Shown: positions 1 through 13,700 of the stretch, one piece after another
How the letters are laid out: every line of letters starts with the position of its first letter
Numbering within the stretch: the first letter of the stretch is position 1
NCBI GenBank assembly: GCA_002633005.1
Contig: NMRA01000104.1
Coordinates: 206,070 to 270,069, forward strand
Direction of reading: 5' to 3'
Length of the DNA stretch: 64,000 nucleotides
Origin: Phoronis australis
Lineage: Eukaryota; Animalia; Phoronida
Position numbers and translations under genes: made by a program
The notes under the pieces: generated by a model
The model's input: the letters and a program-made list of their open reading frames with translations, nothing else
Told to the model about the DNA's origin: nothing
The model's database searches: none

Positions 1-1709
1 CGTCCAGGCCGGAATTCAGGACCCCGCGTATGGGTTTGAAGCATTTCGGTTTGGGGTTTAGAAACGCTGGCCTGGGACTTCTTGGAAAGCAGTGCTATCA
101 CTGAAGAGGCCACCCTCATTTTAAATATCACAATAATAAATAAATAAATAAATAAAACTTGTACCGAGGGAGGGTTTGGAGTTTGCTGATTCGGAACTGG
201 GGTTTAAAGAATCGCTTGAATTTAGAGGCGCGACCATGGAATCATTTCCATCTTCCAGGCCCACGGCCTTTTAATTGCTGTTTCAGGAAAATCCAGACTG
301 CTTCAAAAAGTGACATTATTGCCAGCGTTATCTGGCCGAAAAGGCGCATTTTTGGGATTACTGATGGGTGGGTTAGACTTCTTAAGTTGGACTTTGACTA
401 GGGTGCCTATCTATCTAAACATTCAGTTCTTGAATGCCATGAAACTATTTCATCCATCTATTTCAGTAGCGACCACGTTCACAAGACAGGACGTTTTTAA
501 TGACAACATCAGCGAACATTAGAACAAAGATATTAAATCGAATTTCATTGTCTTTTTCGAAAATGGATTTACTCCAGGTCAGTACGAGTTTATTTACTTG
601 ATAAGCCAACATTAGGGCGTACTATCTTTCTTGGATCTGGGTAGAGTTCACTACAAGAAAAAATTCACGAAAAAAGCTAGTGTGCACGTAATACATGGGG
701 ATGCCTTGGGAAGTCTAACGTGACCTCCCGTCTACCAAACATAGGCCCACAGAGATTATCTCAAGGTGAAAGCACGTGTGGTACTTTCAGACGAAAAAAG
801 CATGACAATATCCACTAGGCACCAAAGGCAATACCAAGCGACCATTGCTGGTTTTGATAGTTTGTCTTTTTGATAGCTGGGCTTCATTTCTTGATTGTTT
901 TTCTGTGAACTGTCCGGCAGCTTAACATTTTTTGAAAAGAGCTCACCATATGTGGTTTGGCAATTCTAGGTGAGGAGGCTCAAGGACCAGACGGTTTTGC
1001 CATCTGGGTACCGATCTAATATTTGTATCGGAAATTAAACTCAGAATTATTTTTGCTTTAATAGGAACTCAGGGTGAGTGTCTAAGCTGAAGTGCTTTAT
1101 GGTTTACCACGAGTTTTAGTCCAATTTCGGATTTGATGACCCCTAGATTTGAGCTACAAACTAGTAAAAACTCGAGATTTGAAGTAATGACTTGAACTAA
1201 TAGTTTTAATGCTGGGACCACCACGTACATTAATCCAAGTAAACCATAACACACTCGAGTGCAGAACTATAGACACTTATCTGGAGTTTATATTAAAAGT
1301 TAAGTAGTCTGGAAAATGTAAAGAATACTTTCGAGTTCGATTTCAAGAACAATGACCAGACTTTGGGTCCTGGCTACTTGGGATGGAATGTCATGATGAG
1401 ATTGTGTTACAGATGAAAGAAAGAGCTTGAAAAAACTTGATATATTTTCTCATGATGACTTTGAGTGTATTTATTTGCAAACAAATGGGACAGACGAGGT
1501 GGAAAGGGAGCTGCATCTTCTCACTGGTAAAGCTCTTAACACTATTGTGTACTTTTAGCTTCTGGACTTGGCAGTTTACGTTGATGAAAACGGTCACATT
1601 TCCATACCATATAAAGTAATGTAGTCTCTGTCAAGGTAGGTAGAATGTCCTTCGGCAGTTCCCCCACCTTGTAGTTTAGTCGCTGGTGTCTCGAATTCAC
1701 AGGCAAATG

Positions 1710-4700
1710 TCACGTGACCTGTGTGAACCTGTCCTGCACTGACGACACAAGACAATGCTGAACTACTGGGTAGAGTTTCTGACAATATTCAATGCAGGTA
1801 TTGGTAGCCTGAAAGAAAACAAGTGTCTAGCATAAATACTGTTGACTTTCAATAGTGAAGACATAACAATGGCAGAAGGTTTTTACAAAATACACCCATA
1901 TAGAAACAGAGGCATGTTAAGTGCAGTAGGTTACAGTAGCGGATTCAGAGGGGGGCCAAGGGGGCCATGCTACCCCTAAAACTCTTCCCAGATTTCAATT
2001 GTCAGTTCGGGGGTGCGAATGTCTGACGGGCAAAATCTTGGTTAATACTCTACCCTGGCCGCCCCAACTGCAAAAAATCCTGGATCCGCCCCTCGGTTAG
2101 TTATGCAGCATTAGAATCCTTGAATATATTAAGAAAAAACCCAAGTTAATAAGTTTTTATATTTCTTATATATTTATTTTCATTTTTCATTAGGTCAAAA
2201 AGTATAGTTGGTTCTTGTATCTACCCCAGGTCATTATGAGACCACTGCTCACTGACTGAAAAAAGTATTTTAGCCAATGTTTCTTGATTTTTATGAAGTC
2301 GCTGCATAAATGCAAGTAAACGAACTTTGAAACGCCACAAGTTTCCGTGAGAGGAAAAGAAGCAACAAATCAAATCGTTCGTCGGTTTTGCTCATCTAAG
2401 ATTGATTTCAAAAAGTGAGTAACTAAGAACAAGAGCAACACAAATCATTTACATGCACCCACTGTGTGCATTGCGTACAGTGCAGATACAAAAGATTATA
2501 AGTATTTTAAACATTACCACTAAACAGAGCAACGCTAATAAACTAAATAAAAGTCCATAGGGAGAGTAAAGCCATTCAGAACACACCTGCCTTCTTTTAT
2601 AATGCTACTTCAGGAAGTTTGGAGGATAGGGAGCTAGAGGACAAAGGACAAAAGCAATAGAAAGGCCACATGGGGGCGCAACATAATGTTAATAACATCT
2701 GAAATGGCCAGTGTTGCTGTTTTCGTATAGTAACTTATTGGTCAAATTTCAAGAACATCCAGGGAACTTAGTAGATATACATTACCGTATCTCATTCATG
2801 AAATTTTCACTTTGCACACAATATTTGATAAAAGTATAGTATCCATAAAGCTACAAGGAAATTGTATCAGGATCACAGACAAGAAATGAATTTATTATGC
2901 TAACACAAAAACTCTAGTCATCTTCTCAAGAGTAATTAATGTTATACAGGGTAGAGACTTAACGTAACTATTCATGGTACTTGCAGTTATCAGTTCATTA
3001 TCTGGTATATATTAAGGTTATATTACCATACCTGAGTTAATGACTGACCAGTCATCTCTCCAGTCTGATACAAAGCTGAGACCTGATTCATGTTAGGCAT
3101 AAGACCTACTGTCAGCAGGCCACCAGGGGTTGTTTTGGTTCCACTAGTCTACAAGGCAAATGACATCATTGAAGGCAGGCTGTGAAAATCGCAGTTGAAT
3201 TCTACCAAACATTTAAGACACAGGACCTGTCCACACAGCTCAGTTTTAATTTAAAAAAGTTTTTCTCCACTGATATGGCTCCTGTACAAATATATCCAGT
3301 GAATATGGACAAAACAAAAATGCACTTTTGATAATGCCAACATTACAAAATTGCAACCTTTGGATGCTTCTTTCATACACACGAAGTCACTGAATTCGAC
3401 AACCAAAAAGACAAACTTCTTGAAACGCTCAACCAGAGTGTAAGTTGTATGTTTATGCCTACGCTTTACAAGAATCCACAACCACTAAGAGCCAAGCAAA
3501 TCATTGAAATACTCCAATAACTTCATCTCAATCAGAACAATTACAGGGGTGTTCATGAACAAAAATGTAAATCAAGAAATAAAATTACCACTAGGGGGCA
3601 CAGGGGTGGTCAGGTCAACATAAATGGTGCTGTATTTTGTTGTCAAATTCATAAGAAAACACTCAACAAATTTCCCAAAGATCATGCAAGGGGTTGAAGA
3701 GATATAGCTTCGAGTGCAAACAACATGAAATTGCCACTAGGGGGCACCACATGTCAGACCCATTTGAAAGTGAATGTCAACCAAGGCCTTCTCAGCAGGA
3801 ACACATCTGGCTATTTCCATAATGATCCTAGAGAGGCAAATGCCACACACAAAAATAGACACAAGGTTGCACAGAATACGTCAAATCTGTCCGATAACAG
3901 AAAGCCCTTCTCATCTCCACAAGAGAAACCCATTCAAATTTCACAGTAACCCCTGAAAGAACTTTGAAGATACAAAGGCAGACAAAAAAAAACTAAAGTT
4001 GCCAATAAGCTGCACTGTGGTAGTCAGTATTATAACATCCTCTGAAAACATGAGAACTCATTCACTTTAAACAAACATACGAAACTATGGTTATTTAATT
4101 ACAAGTCAACTGACTGTATTCTTACCTCAGTAGTATTCTCTTCATGTAAAGTAGGGTCCATCAGCAACATGTCAGCATGTTGCCTCTGAAACATATATTT
4201 TACTGCATCATTAGTTTACACTCAAGCGCTACATATTTCAAGTCCTATTTAGTCAACTGAGCAGTCTACAAAGGGTTTACGCTATGACAGTAGCAATTAG
4301 TAAACTTTACGTCAAGTCAAACAACTTTTCAACGGTCCACTTTGTACCCATAAAAATATATGTTTTAGAGTTGTCAATGATCCAAACATTTTTAAGATGT
4401 TTTGACCATTGACAACTCTAAAAAACATATTTCCGACTTTTTAAGGCATGATTTGACCAAAAGCATGTGGTTGATTTCTTTTTGTGATGTGAATTTCTAA
4501 AAACTCTCAACACACTAGTCCATTCAAACCCATCAAAGGATGTTATCCGACAAAGGCGAAATCAAATTTATCTGAAGGGCCGAGAGAATGAACTAGAACA
4601 ATCACACAACAGCATTTTGTCCAACTTAAGCGAAAATCCAACTTAATGCATGTCCTACTCGAGAAGATTATTGCACGTTGAACAGCAATAGCCAAGCTTT

Positions 4701-7700
4701 TGATTACAGTCTTTCTAGTAGCACAAGACAATGTTGAAGTAAATGAAACTTAGCTCTACAAGGTAAAGCCTGTTTACATTTCACATGTATTGTTTCAATA
4801 CTTGAACTTTCACAGTTGTACGCACCAGTGAACAGGCCACTAGCACATCATACATATCCAGACCAGCATCAGTCACAGCTAAACTGGCAGCCATTATAGC
4901 AGCTCCTACAACTGGAGAGTCAAACATAACCTTTAAAATGACAAAGATGACAACAATTACAACAAAGACACTATACCACGCCTTATTTAAAGGGATACCA
5001 AACCCGGTTTTGGCCTATTAACAGATACTAAAAACGACTTTCCCGTCCAGTTCTCGGACATGACATAATGCTCTGTAACCCTTGACAACCCTCAAAAGTT
5101 TGGAGAAAAATTTGATAAGTCCTTTCAAAGTCTGCGAAATGGGCAAGCATGACCTACACTTTTAGAGAATTACATGGCAACTGTGGGAAAAGACCACCCA
5201 CCAAGGACCATAATGTCCAATTTGCGTAATAGGGGAAATGAGTTTTCAGTTGATTCCTGTTTGCTGACAGTATTACAGATAAGAAATTAAAATCTTATGA
5301 TAGCTTCTATTTAACATTTATTTCATTTACAAAAACAAAACACTATTATATCCTGCATTTTGGAATACAATGTTTTATGGTACCAAATCTAAAGTATACA
5401 CCAAAAATTATCAGACAAAACAACCCAAAATCAGTCTCAAGTTAGTAACTTACAGCAGGGTACAAACTGAATGCTACAAAATTTACTTACCACTTCCATC
5501 ATTCTCCAAAACTGTGATAAAAACATCTAATTGAGCTTTTGGAAATTTGTCCTGAAAAAGTAGGCAATTATTCGAAGTTACTGCATGGCTCCCACAGAGT
5601 CTAAAATCCATAGAGGAGCTTTGATGATACAAAGTCAAACAAAAACAAGAGCAACGTGGAGCGTTGAAATGCGCCCACGAATGTATTGCAAATGGTGTGC
5701 TTTTAGGGTTATTTATTTGTATCATAAAAATGGACGCTAGAAGGTGCAAAAACATACAATCCATCCAAAAACAGGAACATGCCATACTTCATAAAAATCT
5801 GTCAAGGAACTTCAGAGAAACAAAGGAAAACAGAACAAAATGAAATTGCCACAAGTGGGCACAGTGTCCGTTGGATCCGCCTGAAAGTCGTCGTCGTCTG
5901 TTGTTATCTTCATATAAATACACTTACCAAATTTAGTAAAGATCCTGCAGTGGGTTTAAGAGATACAACTATGGGCGCAAAACAAAACTACCACTAGGAG
6001 GCGCCACAAAGGTCATCTTCACACTGAGAACATATATGCCAATTTTCAAATGATTTGGTTGATACAGGGGTGGACACCAAAAACAAGATTTGAAAACAGC
6101 AAAAATGTACACTAGGTGGTGCAAAATACCTNCAAAGCTGTCCAGTTCATATTCAAAAATATTGTAATCTAAATTGTGCATCTGTTTTTAATCGAAAGCA
6201 AGCTTACAGTCGCTTGAAGCAGTTTTAAGAAGACCAACACTTTCTTGTTTGCATTTTAAAGCATTAACTGTGTGTAATTTATAAAACGGAAATAAGTTTC
6301 GCGTTTATTACCTGAACAGTTTTTGCCGCTCCAACCCAGGCTGCATCCTCCGTAATCTTCACAACTTCCGTTGAATCGGTCACAAGACGGCTTGTTACAA
6401 TGGCATTTATGAGTACAATATCTTCCAAACGTGTTTTTGAGAGGACAAGGAGCAACTGTAAGATAAAGACACTTTAAGAATTACAAGTTGCTTGAAGAGG
6501 TATCAGAATCTCACTGATCATCATAACGCAAATTTTACGGTTGGATAAGCACGCAAGTGAACGAGAAAGTGTGCACTATTTACCACATGGTATTCAGTCA
6601 ATTCCTCGGTAAATCTAAGAAAGAAAAAAATATAGGTAAGACGATGAACAAGATTGTTTTTGAAATTGAAAACTAAATAGTAGACTTCTTCGATATTTAA
6701 AATCGATACATAAGAAGAGAAATTAGCGAATAGAATTTTTTATAATCGCCGCATTAATTTGTGAATCGTTTAGGACCAATTAATGACAGTCCGGCTTTGG
6801 CTCGCTGAGGCGTTGGGATAACAAAGCTCCAAATATCAGCGTAAGAGTTGTCGCATGACGTGCTTGAAACGTGACGGTTTAACAAGTAAGATGTACGGAA
6901 ACAAACTGACACCTACTGACATAATTGGTCGGCCTGGCCGAAAAGTTAAGTTACTATGGTATACATGTATGTATACAGTTGTATGTAACTGTCAGGTTGA
7001 ATAACTATTAACGTCATCATCCGTGAATACTAGTCAAATGTTAATATTCACGGGATTCTTTTTTGGAAAAATACAACAAAACTCTCAATAAACACGATAG
7101 TGTCAATTCGAAAGTACAAGTGACGACATTCCTGAAATAGAAAATTGGCGCGCATTAATAGGTATTTCTGCTTGAGCATACAATGCTTCACCGAAGGTTT
7201 TTAATATATTTTTTCTATCATTTACATGTAAATTGTACATATTTGAACTGGGGTTTATTTTCGTGTATCTTTAACCACTTAGATTACAGTCGTATGGCAA
7301 GTTCGTCCTTGAAATATGGTGATTATTCATTTACCTTTAAGTGTACTTCAAATTACGTACATAGGTACTCAAATACACGTTTCGGTTCGAGAAGGTCGAT
7401 TTGACTTTCACGTCGGCAACCAGCCTGGCGGTAATAGGAAATACTTTGAATCTTTAGTCGAAATACATGTACGTCAGTTTTCATGTCATAACAGGTATTT
7501 TTGTTCATTTGAAATAATGTTTTATCCATAATATTAATCAATATTTTCACATTTTCTCCCCTGGAGTCAAAACGCCCCCCCCATCTTATCTGCAAGTTGT
7601 AGATATGGTATCCAGAGTTACTAAACTATCTTTTGGAAAAAGATTTTTTGTTGCATTCAAAAGTTTAAATCAATCGTTAATTGGTCGTTAATTAGTAGGC

Positions 7701-10700
7701 ATCTTAATTAATAACCCCAGGCATTTCCACGTCCTAACTGGCATCATTTTAGTTTAGGTGGTGATTAGCATGAAATAAACTTGAAACGGATGTTGCATTC
7801 AAAATTTTAATTAAATGGATTTTCGGGCCATCTTTTGGACCCACAGGGACCAAAGCCCAGGATTGCGCAACTGAAAACGCCCTTTCCTTCAACGGTTGGT
7901 GATTTTCAATAGAATTAGGCACTCAAACCTTTTGCACTCAAAAGTGTGAACAAAGTCTTGTTGACTCTGCAACTACATGTATAATAAACTGGACTATGTC
8001 AAACTTCCGCACAATTTTGAAGCAAAAACGCGACTAGGTATCTGCCTCTTTCAGTCTCCAATCCAACTTGACGCTAGTCTATACACCTATACTGACAAAA
8101 TCTTGAAAGTTTTTCTAGCATACAGTTTGTCGAATTGGCGTCAACTTAAAGTGTACTATGCACAGCAAGTCTCACGTAAAAATACCAGCTGTGCGCAATA
8201 ACGTCATATTAAACTTAACTTCGACAGAACGTAGTGACAAACCGGCAAATAAATAATTCCGACAAGAAGTCCGCCTTTCTTTGACATAGTTCTGCCTAGG
8301 TCTGCAAAGATTATTTTGAGAACTACGGTTATTAACATAGGCGGATTTAGGGTGGGCCCAACGGGCCCTCCCCCCCTTGGCTGCCGCAAAAAATAAAACA
8401 GTAAGAGCGTAGGGAAATGGTGAGTTTATTAATTAACCCCGGTAATTAAAAAATTATACGGATGAAAAAAGATTTAAATGTGTGCAGTTTTAGTGTTTGG
8501 GGGGGGGGGGGGGGGGGGGGTCAGGTCAACATAAATGGTGCTGTATTTTGTTGTCAAATTCATAAGAAAACACACTGACAACAAATTTCCCAAAGATCAT
8601 GCAAGGGGTTGAAGAGATATAGCTTCGAGTGCAAACAACATGAAATTGCCACTAGGGGGCACCATATCAGTCAGACCCATTTGAAAATGAATGTCAAGCA
8701 AGGCCTTCTCAGCAGGAACACATCTGGCTATTTTCATGATGATCCTAGAGGCAAATGCCACACACAAAAATAGACACTAGGTTGCACAGAATCCGACAAA
8801 TCTGTCCGATAACAGAAAGCCCTTCAACAAGAGAAACCCATTCAAATTTCAAGGAAACCCCTGACAGAACTTTGAAGATACAAAGGCAGACATAAAAGTT
8901 GCCAATAGGCTGCACTGTGGTAGTCAGCATTATAACATCCTCTGAAAACATGAGAACTCATTCACTTTAAACAAACATATGAAACCATGGTTATTTAATT
9001 ACAAGTCAACTGACTGTATGCTTACCTCAGTAGTGTTCTCTTCATGTAAAGTAGGGTCCATCAGCAACATGTCAGCATGTTGCCTCTGAAACATATAGTT
9101 TACTGCATCATTAGTTTACACTCAAGTGCTACATATTTCAAGTCCTATTTAGTCAACTGAGCAGTCTACAAGGGGTTTACGCTATGACAGTAGCAATTAG
9201 TAAACTTTCCGTCAAGTCAAACAACTTTTCAACGGTCCACTTTGCACCCATAAAAATATATTTTTCTAGAGTTGTCAATGATCAAAACATCTTAAATCAT
9301 GCCTTAAAAAGCCGCAAAATTTGACCAAAAGCATGTGGTTGAAATTTGTGAAGTGAATTTCTAAAAACCCTCAACTCACTAGTCCATTCAAACCCATCAA
9401 GGGATGTTATCTGACAAAGGCGAAATCAAATCTATCTGAAGGGCCGAGAGAATGAAATAGAACAACCTCACACCAGCATTTTGTCCAACTTCAGCGAAAA
9501 TCCAACTTAATGCATGTCCTAATCGAGAAGATTATTGCACGTTGAACAGCAATAGCCAAGCTTTTGATTACAGTCTTTCTAGTAGCACAAGACAATGTCG
9601 AAGTAAATGAAACTTAGCTCTACAAGGTAAAGCCTGTTTACATGTCACATGTATTGTTTCAATACTTGAACCTTCACAGTTGTACGCACCAGTGAACAGG
9701 CCACTACAACATCATACATATCCAGACCAGCATCAGTCACAGCTAAACTGGCAGCCATTATAGCAGCTCCTACAACTGGAGAGTCAAACATAACCTTTAA
9801 AATGACGAGGATGACGACAATTACAACACAGACACTATACCGCACCTTATTTAAAGGGATACCCAACCCGGTTTTGGCCTATTAACAGATACTAAAAACG
9901 ACTTTCCCGTCCAGTTCTCGGACATGAAATAATGCTCTGTAACCCTTGACAACCCTCAAAAGTTTGGAGAAAAATTTGATAAGTCCTTTCAAAGTCTGTG
10001 AAATGGGCAAGCATGACCTACACTTTTAAAGAATTACACGGCAACTGTGGGAAAAGACCACCCACCAAGGACCATAATGTCCAATTTGTGTAATTGGGAA
10101 AATGAGTTTTCAGTTGATTCCTGCTTTTATCTTTCAAGACTGACGCCAATGATGCATTAGCAGGTGACAGAACGAGGACTGGTTAATATCATCAAAAGAG
10201 GGTTTTTTGTATTTTTTTAAGACGTATTCTGTTTACTTCACTTCCAGAGAAACAAATAAAACCAGCAGCCTGTTTCAAGTTTGTTCATTCTTAGTCTCTA
10301 CACCATAGATATAATCCTAGGATTTCTCTATTAGCTGAGGGGGCCCTGAGTTTGCAGCCACTAGTACAAAGATCACACCAAGCCACTGCACACCATCAAG
10401 TCTCATAAACGCAAAAGTGTGTTAAGCTAAACTAAGTCTATATATACAAGCATTGACATTGTGAAGCCTAAAAAAACAGTAAAATGCCATCCTCAACTAC
10501 TCCTACAGCTCTTCCAGTAAATACAGTAAAATCCAATAGTCAAGATTGCCTATCACACAATTTTGCTGACAGTATTACAGATAAGAAATTAAAATCTTAT
10601 GATAGCTTCTATTAACATTTATTTCATTTACAAAAACAAAACACAGTTATATCCTGCATTTTGGAATACAATGTTTTATGGTACCAAATCTATAGTATAC

Positions 10701-13700
10701 ACCAGAAATTATCAGACAAAACAACCCAAAATCAGTCTCAAGTTAGTGACTTACAGCACGGTACAAACTGAATGCTACAAAATTTACTTACCACTTCCAT
10801 CATTCTCCAAAACTGTGATAAAAACATCTAATTGAGCTTTTGGAAATTTGTCCTGAAAAAGTAGGCAATAATTCAAAGTTACTGCATGGCTCCCACAGAG
10901 TCTAAAATCCATAAAGGAGCTTTGATGATACAAAGTCAAACAAAAACAAGAGCAACGCGGAGCGTTGAAATGCGCCCACGAACGCATTGCAAATGGTGTG
11001 CTTTTAGGGTCATTAATTTGTATCATAAAAATGGCCACTAGATGGCGCAAAAACATACAATCCATCCAAAAACAGGAACATGCCATATTTCATAAAAATC
11101 TGTCAAGGAACTTCAGAGAAACAAAGGAAAACGGAATAAAATGACATTGCCACAAGTGGGCACAGTGTCCGTTGGATCCCCCTGAAAGTCGTCGTCGTCA
11201 TCTGTTGTTATTTTCATATTAATACACTTACCAAATTTAGTAAAGATCCTGCAGTGGGTTTAAGAGATACAACTATGGGCGCAAAACAAAACTACCACTA
11301 GGAGGCGCCACAAAGGTCGTCGTCACACTGAGAACATATATGCCAATTTTCAAATGATTTGGTTGATACAGGGGTGGACACCAAAAACAAGACTTGAAAA
11401 CAGCAAAAATGGCCACTAGGTGGTGCAAAATACCTCGATTCCATCCAAAAACAGAAAGATAGCGTCATCACACCAATAGATGCCTATATTTAAAATTTTA
11501 TGAAAATCTGTTAAGAACCTTTGAAGATACTGAGTTAAACGTAAAAAATTAAAATTGCCACTAGGGGGCACAGCAGTAGTCAGATCTGTCCGAAAGTCGT
11601 CGTCATCCATAGCCAACATCATATAAACACACTTGCTAAATTAAGTAAAGATCCTGCGAATGGATTAGGAGATACAGATATAGGCGCAACAAAAACAAAA
11701 CTGCCACTAGGAGGTGCCACAGTAGTCAAAATCGTCGGAAAATCATTGTCAACCGTCCTCTTTATAGTAAGCACATACATGCCAATTTTCACAATCATCC
11801 TTTGAGCGGTTTGGTTGATAGAGAGTTGGACGCAAAAAAAACAGACTCGAAAACAGTAAAAATGGCCACTAGGAGGCGCAAACTACGTCAAATCCATCCG
11901 AAAACAGGAGGACAACGTCATCTCATTAATAGGTGAAATTTCATAAAAATCCGTTTAGGACTTTTGAAGATACAAGGGCAAGCGTAAAAAACTAAAATTG
12001 CCACTAGGGGGCACACCGGTAGTCGGATGCATTCATGCCGTCCCATTCATGAATGGAACATATGTGCCAAATTTCATGAACTTATGTCAAGGGATTTTGG
12101 AGATAGAGCAGCGGATGCTGGAAGGACGCCGCCCGGACGGACGGACGGAGATGACGGCATAATGCGTCCACATATAAATATGTGGGCGCATAAAAAATAA
12201 AAGTGCCACTATGGGGCACACTGATAGTTGAATCTGTCCGAAAATTTGCTTGCGCAATCCCATCTAACCTGAGGTGTTAAAGATACATCAGAAAGTATCG
12301 TCAGGATTCTGGATGGATTGGGATGACGGCATAGTGCACCCACATATATATGAGTGTGTGCGTGTGGGGACAGAAAAAAGGTCAATTTAACAATTACTTC
12401 TGTCTGAAATAAGTGCGATTTCAGCATAATGCCGAGAAACATCAAAATGAGTTCTTTGGACTTTGATTTATTTATCTTGTACTTTCTATGTATTATACAC
12501 TTGTAATGTGTATCAGACACCTGTTATAAGATATAAACTGATGATATGACAACAGCTATAACTACCAGGCAGACAGCAGATTCAAGGGCTTGCTGCACTA
12601 TGGTGGAGTAGTTCTTTTCCAGAGAATCCTGTTGGTAGTCTTTTCTAGAGTGACACGAGAATGGAGCAAACTTGAACTCACAAGAGATCTGGCCGGTCAG
12701 ACTGAAATCATCTTGTCTGACCTGTCGTGGCCCATAGCTGAAACAACAACCAACAAATTCAGTCAGTGCCACACTGTATAATACTATAAAGGCAAATTTC
12801 CCACGTGTACATTACTTAAAAAATGTTGGGAAAATATACCTGAATCGTTCACATATTCTTAGTACAAACTACATGACATTAACTTGTGATTACAGGGATA
12901 TTCCTGGACTGCACGTGTGCGCTATCAGCACGTCAAAAAATAAAAAGGCGCAAGAACACTATAGCAGTGCAGCCCCCGAACGCATCTTTTAAAATGCAAC
13001 TCTTCCAAAAATGCAAGATTCTAGTCAACTTACAACCAGTCGGGTAAAACATGACCTTGTTCTTATTTCAATTGCCCTTGGGTTTTCAGTTTCATATGGA
13101 ACCACTTTAATTACAGTAACTTTTCTATGCATAACTTTTTGAAAAAAAGGCACACTTTTTACCATAAGGTGCGCCCAAAGGGCATAGGTTCAATCCTGGT
13201 CAGGAATTTCCCTGTCAATCTCATCACAGCACTACAAAGTATTTGATACTTATGGCTGCATTTCACAATGCTGAGCCGGCTAAAAATGGAAGTCGAGACC
13301 TTTCATTCTTGTAATTCAAAAATGGTACATGTGCATACATGTGCATTCATTGTCTGTGACTGAGGTGCCTACTCATTCCAGAAACTATTCAAAATCAGAT
13401 GAATGTGAATGCTTTTGAACACCAAATGGTTTTGGTAACAATTTCAACCTAAACAGCAATGGAGTGCAGTTTTGATTGCGAAAACTGTCGATCTCAAAAA
13501 AAGTCATGTCTTCATTCTTCAGTTACATGTCCAGTCAATTACATGTAAAAAATAATTGCAGGCAGTCTGACACACATTGTACCAGACGTGCGCAGGATGC
13601 GCATGTGGGCCCATTGCAGTGATCATCTGGAACCATTTTTATGCTTCATTAATATAGCTAGAAATCTGACTCAAGGGCTTAGCAGTGTGATCCAGTGGGA

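Noticed and set aside
7353-7900. Possible further exons of the EGF-containing gene
   Set aside because: Short open frames are present, but there is no recognisable domain or consistent splice phase.
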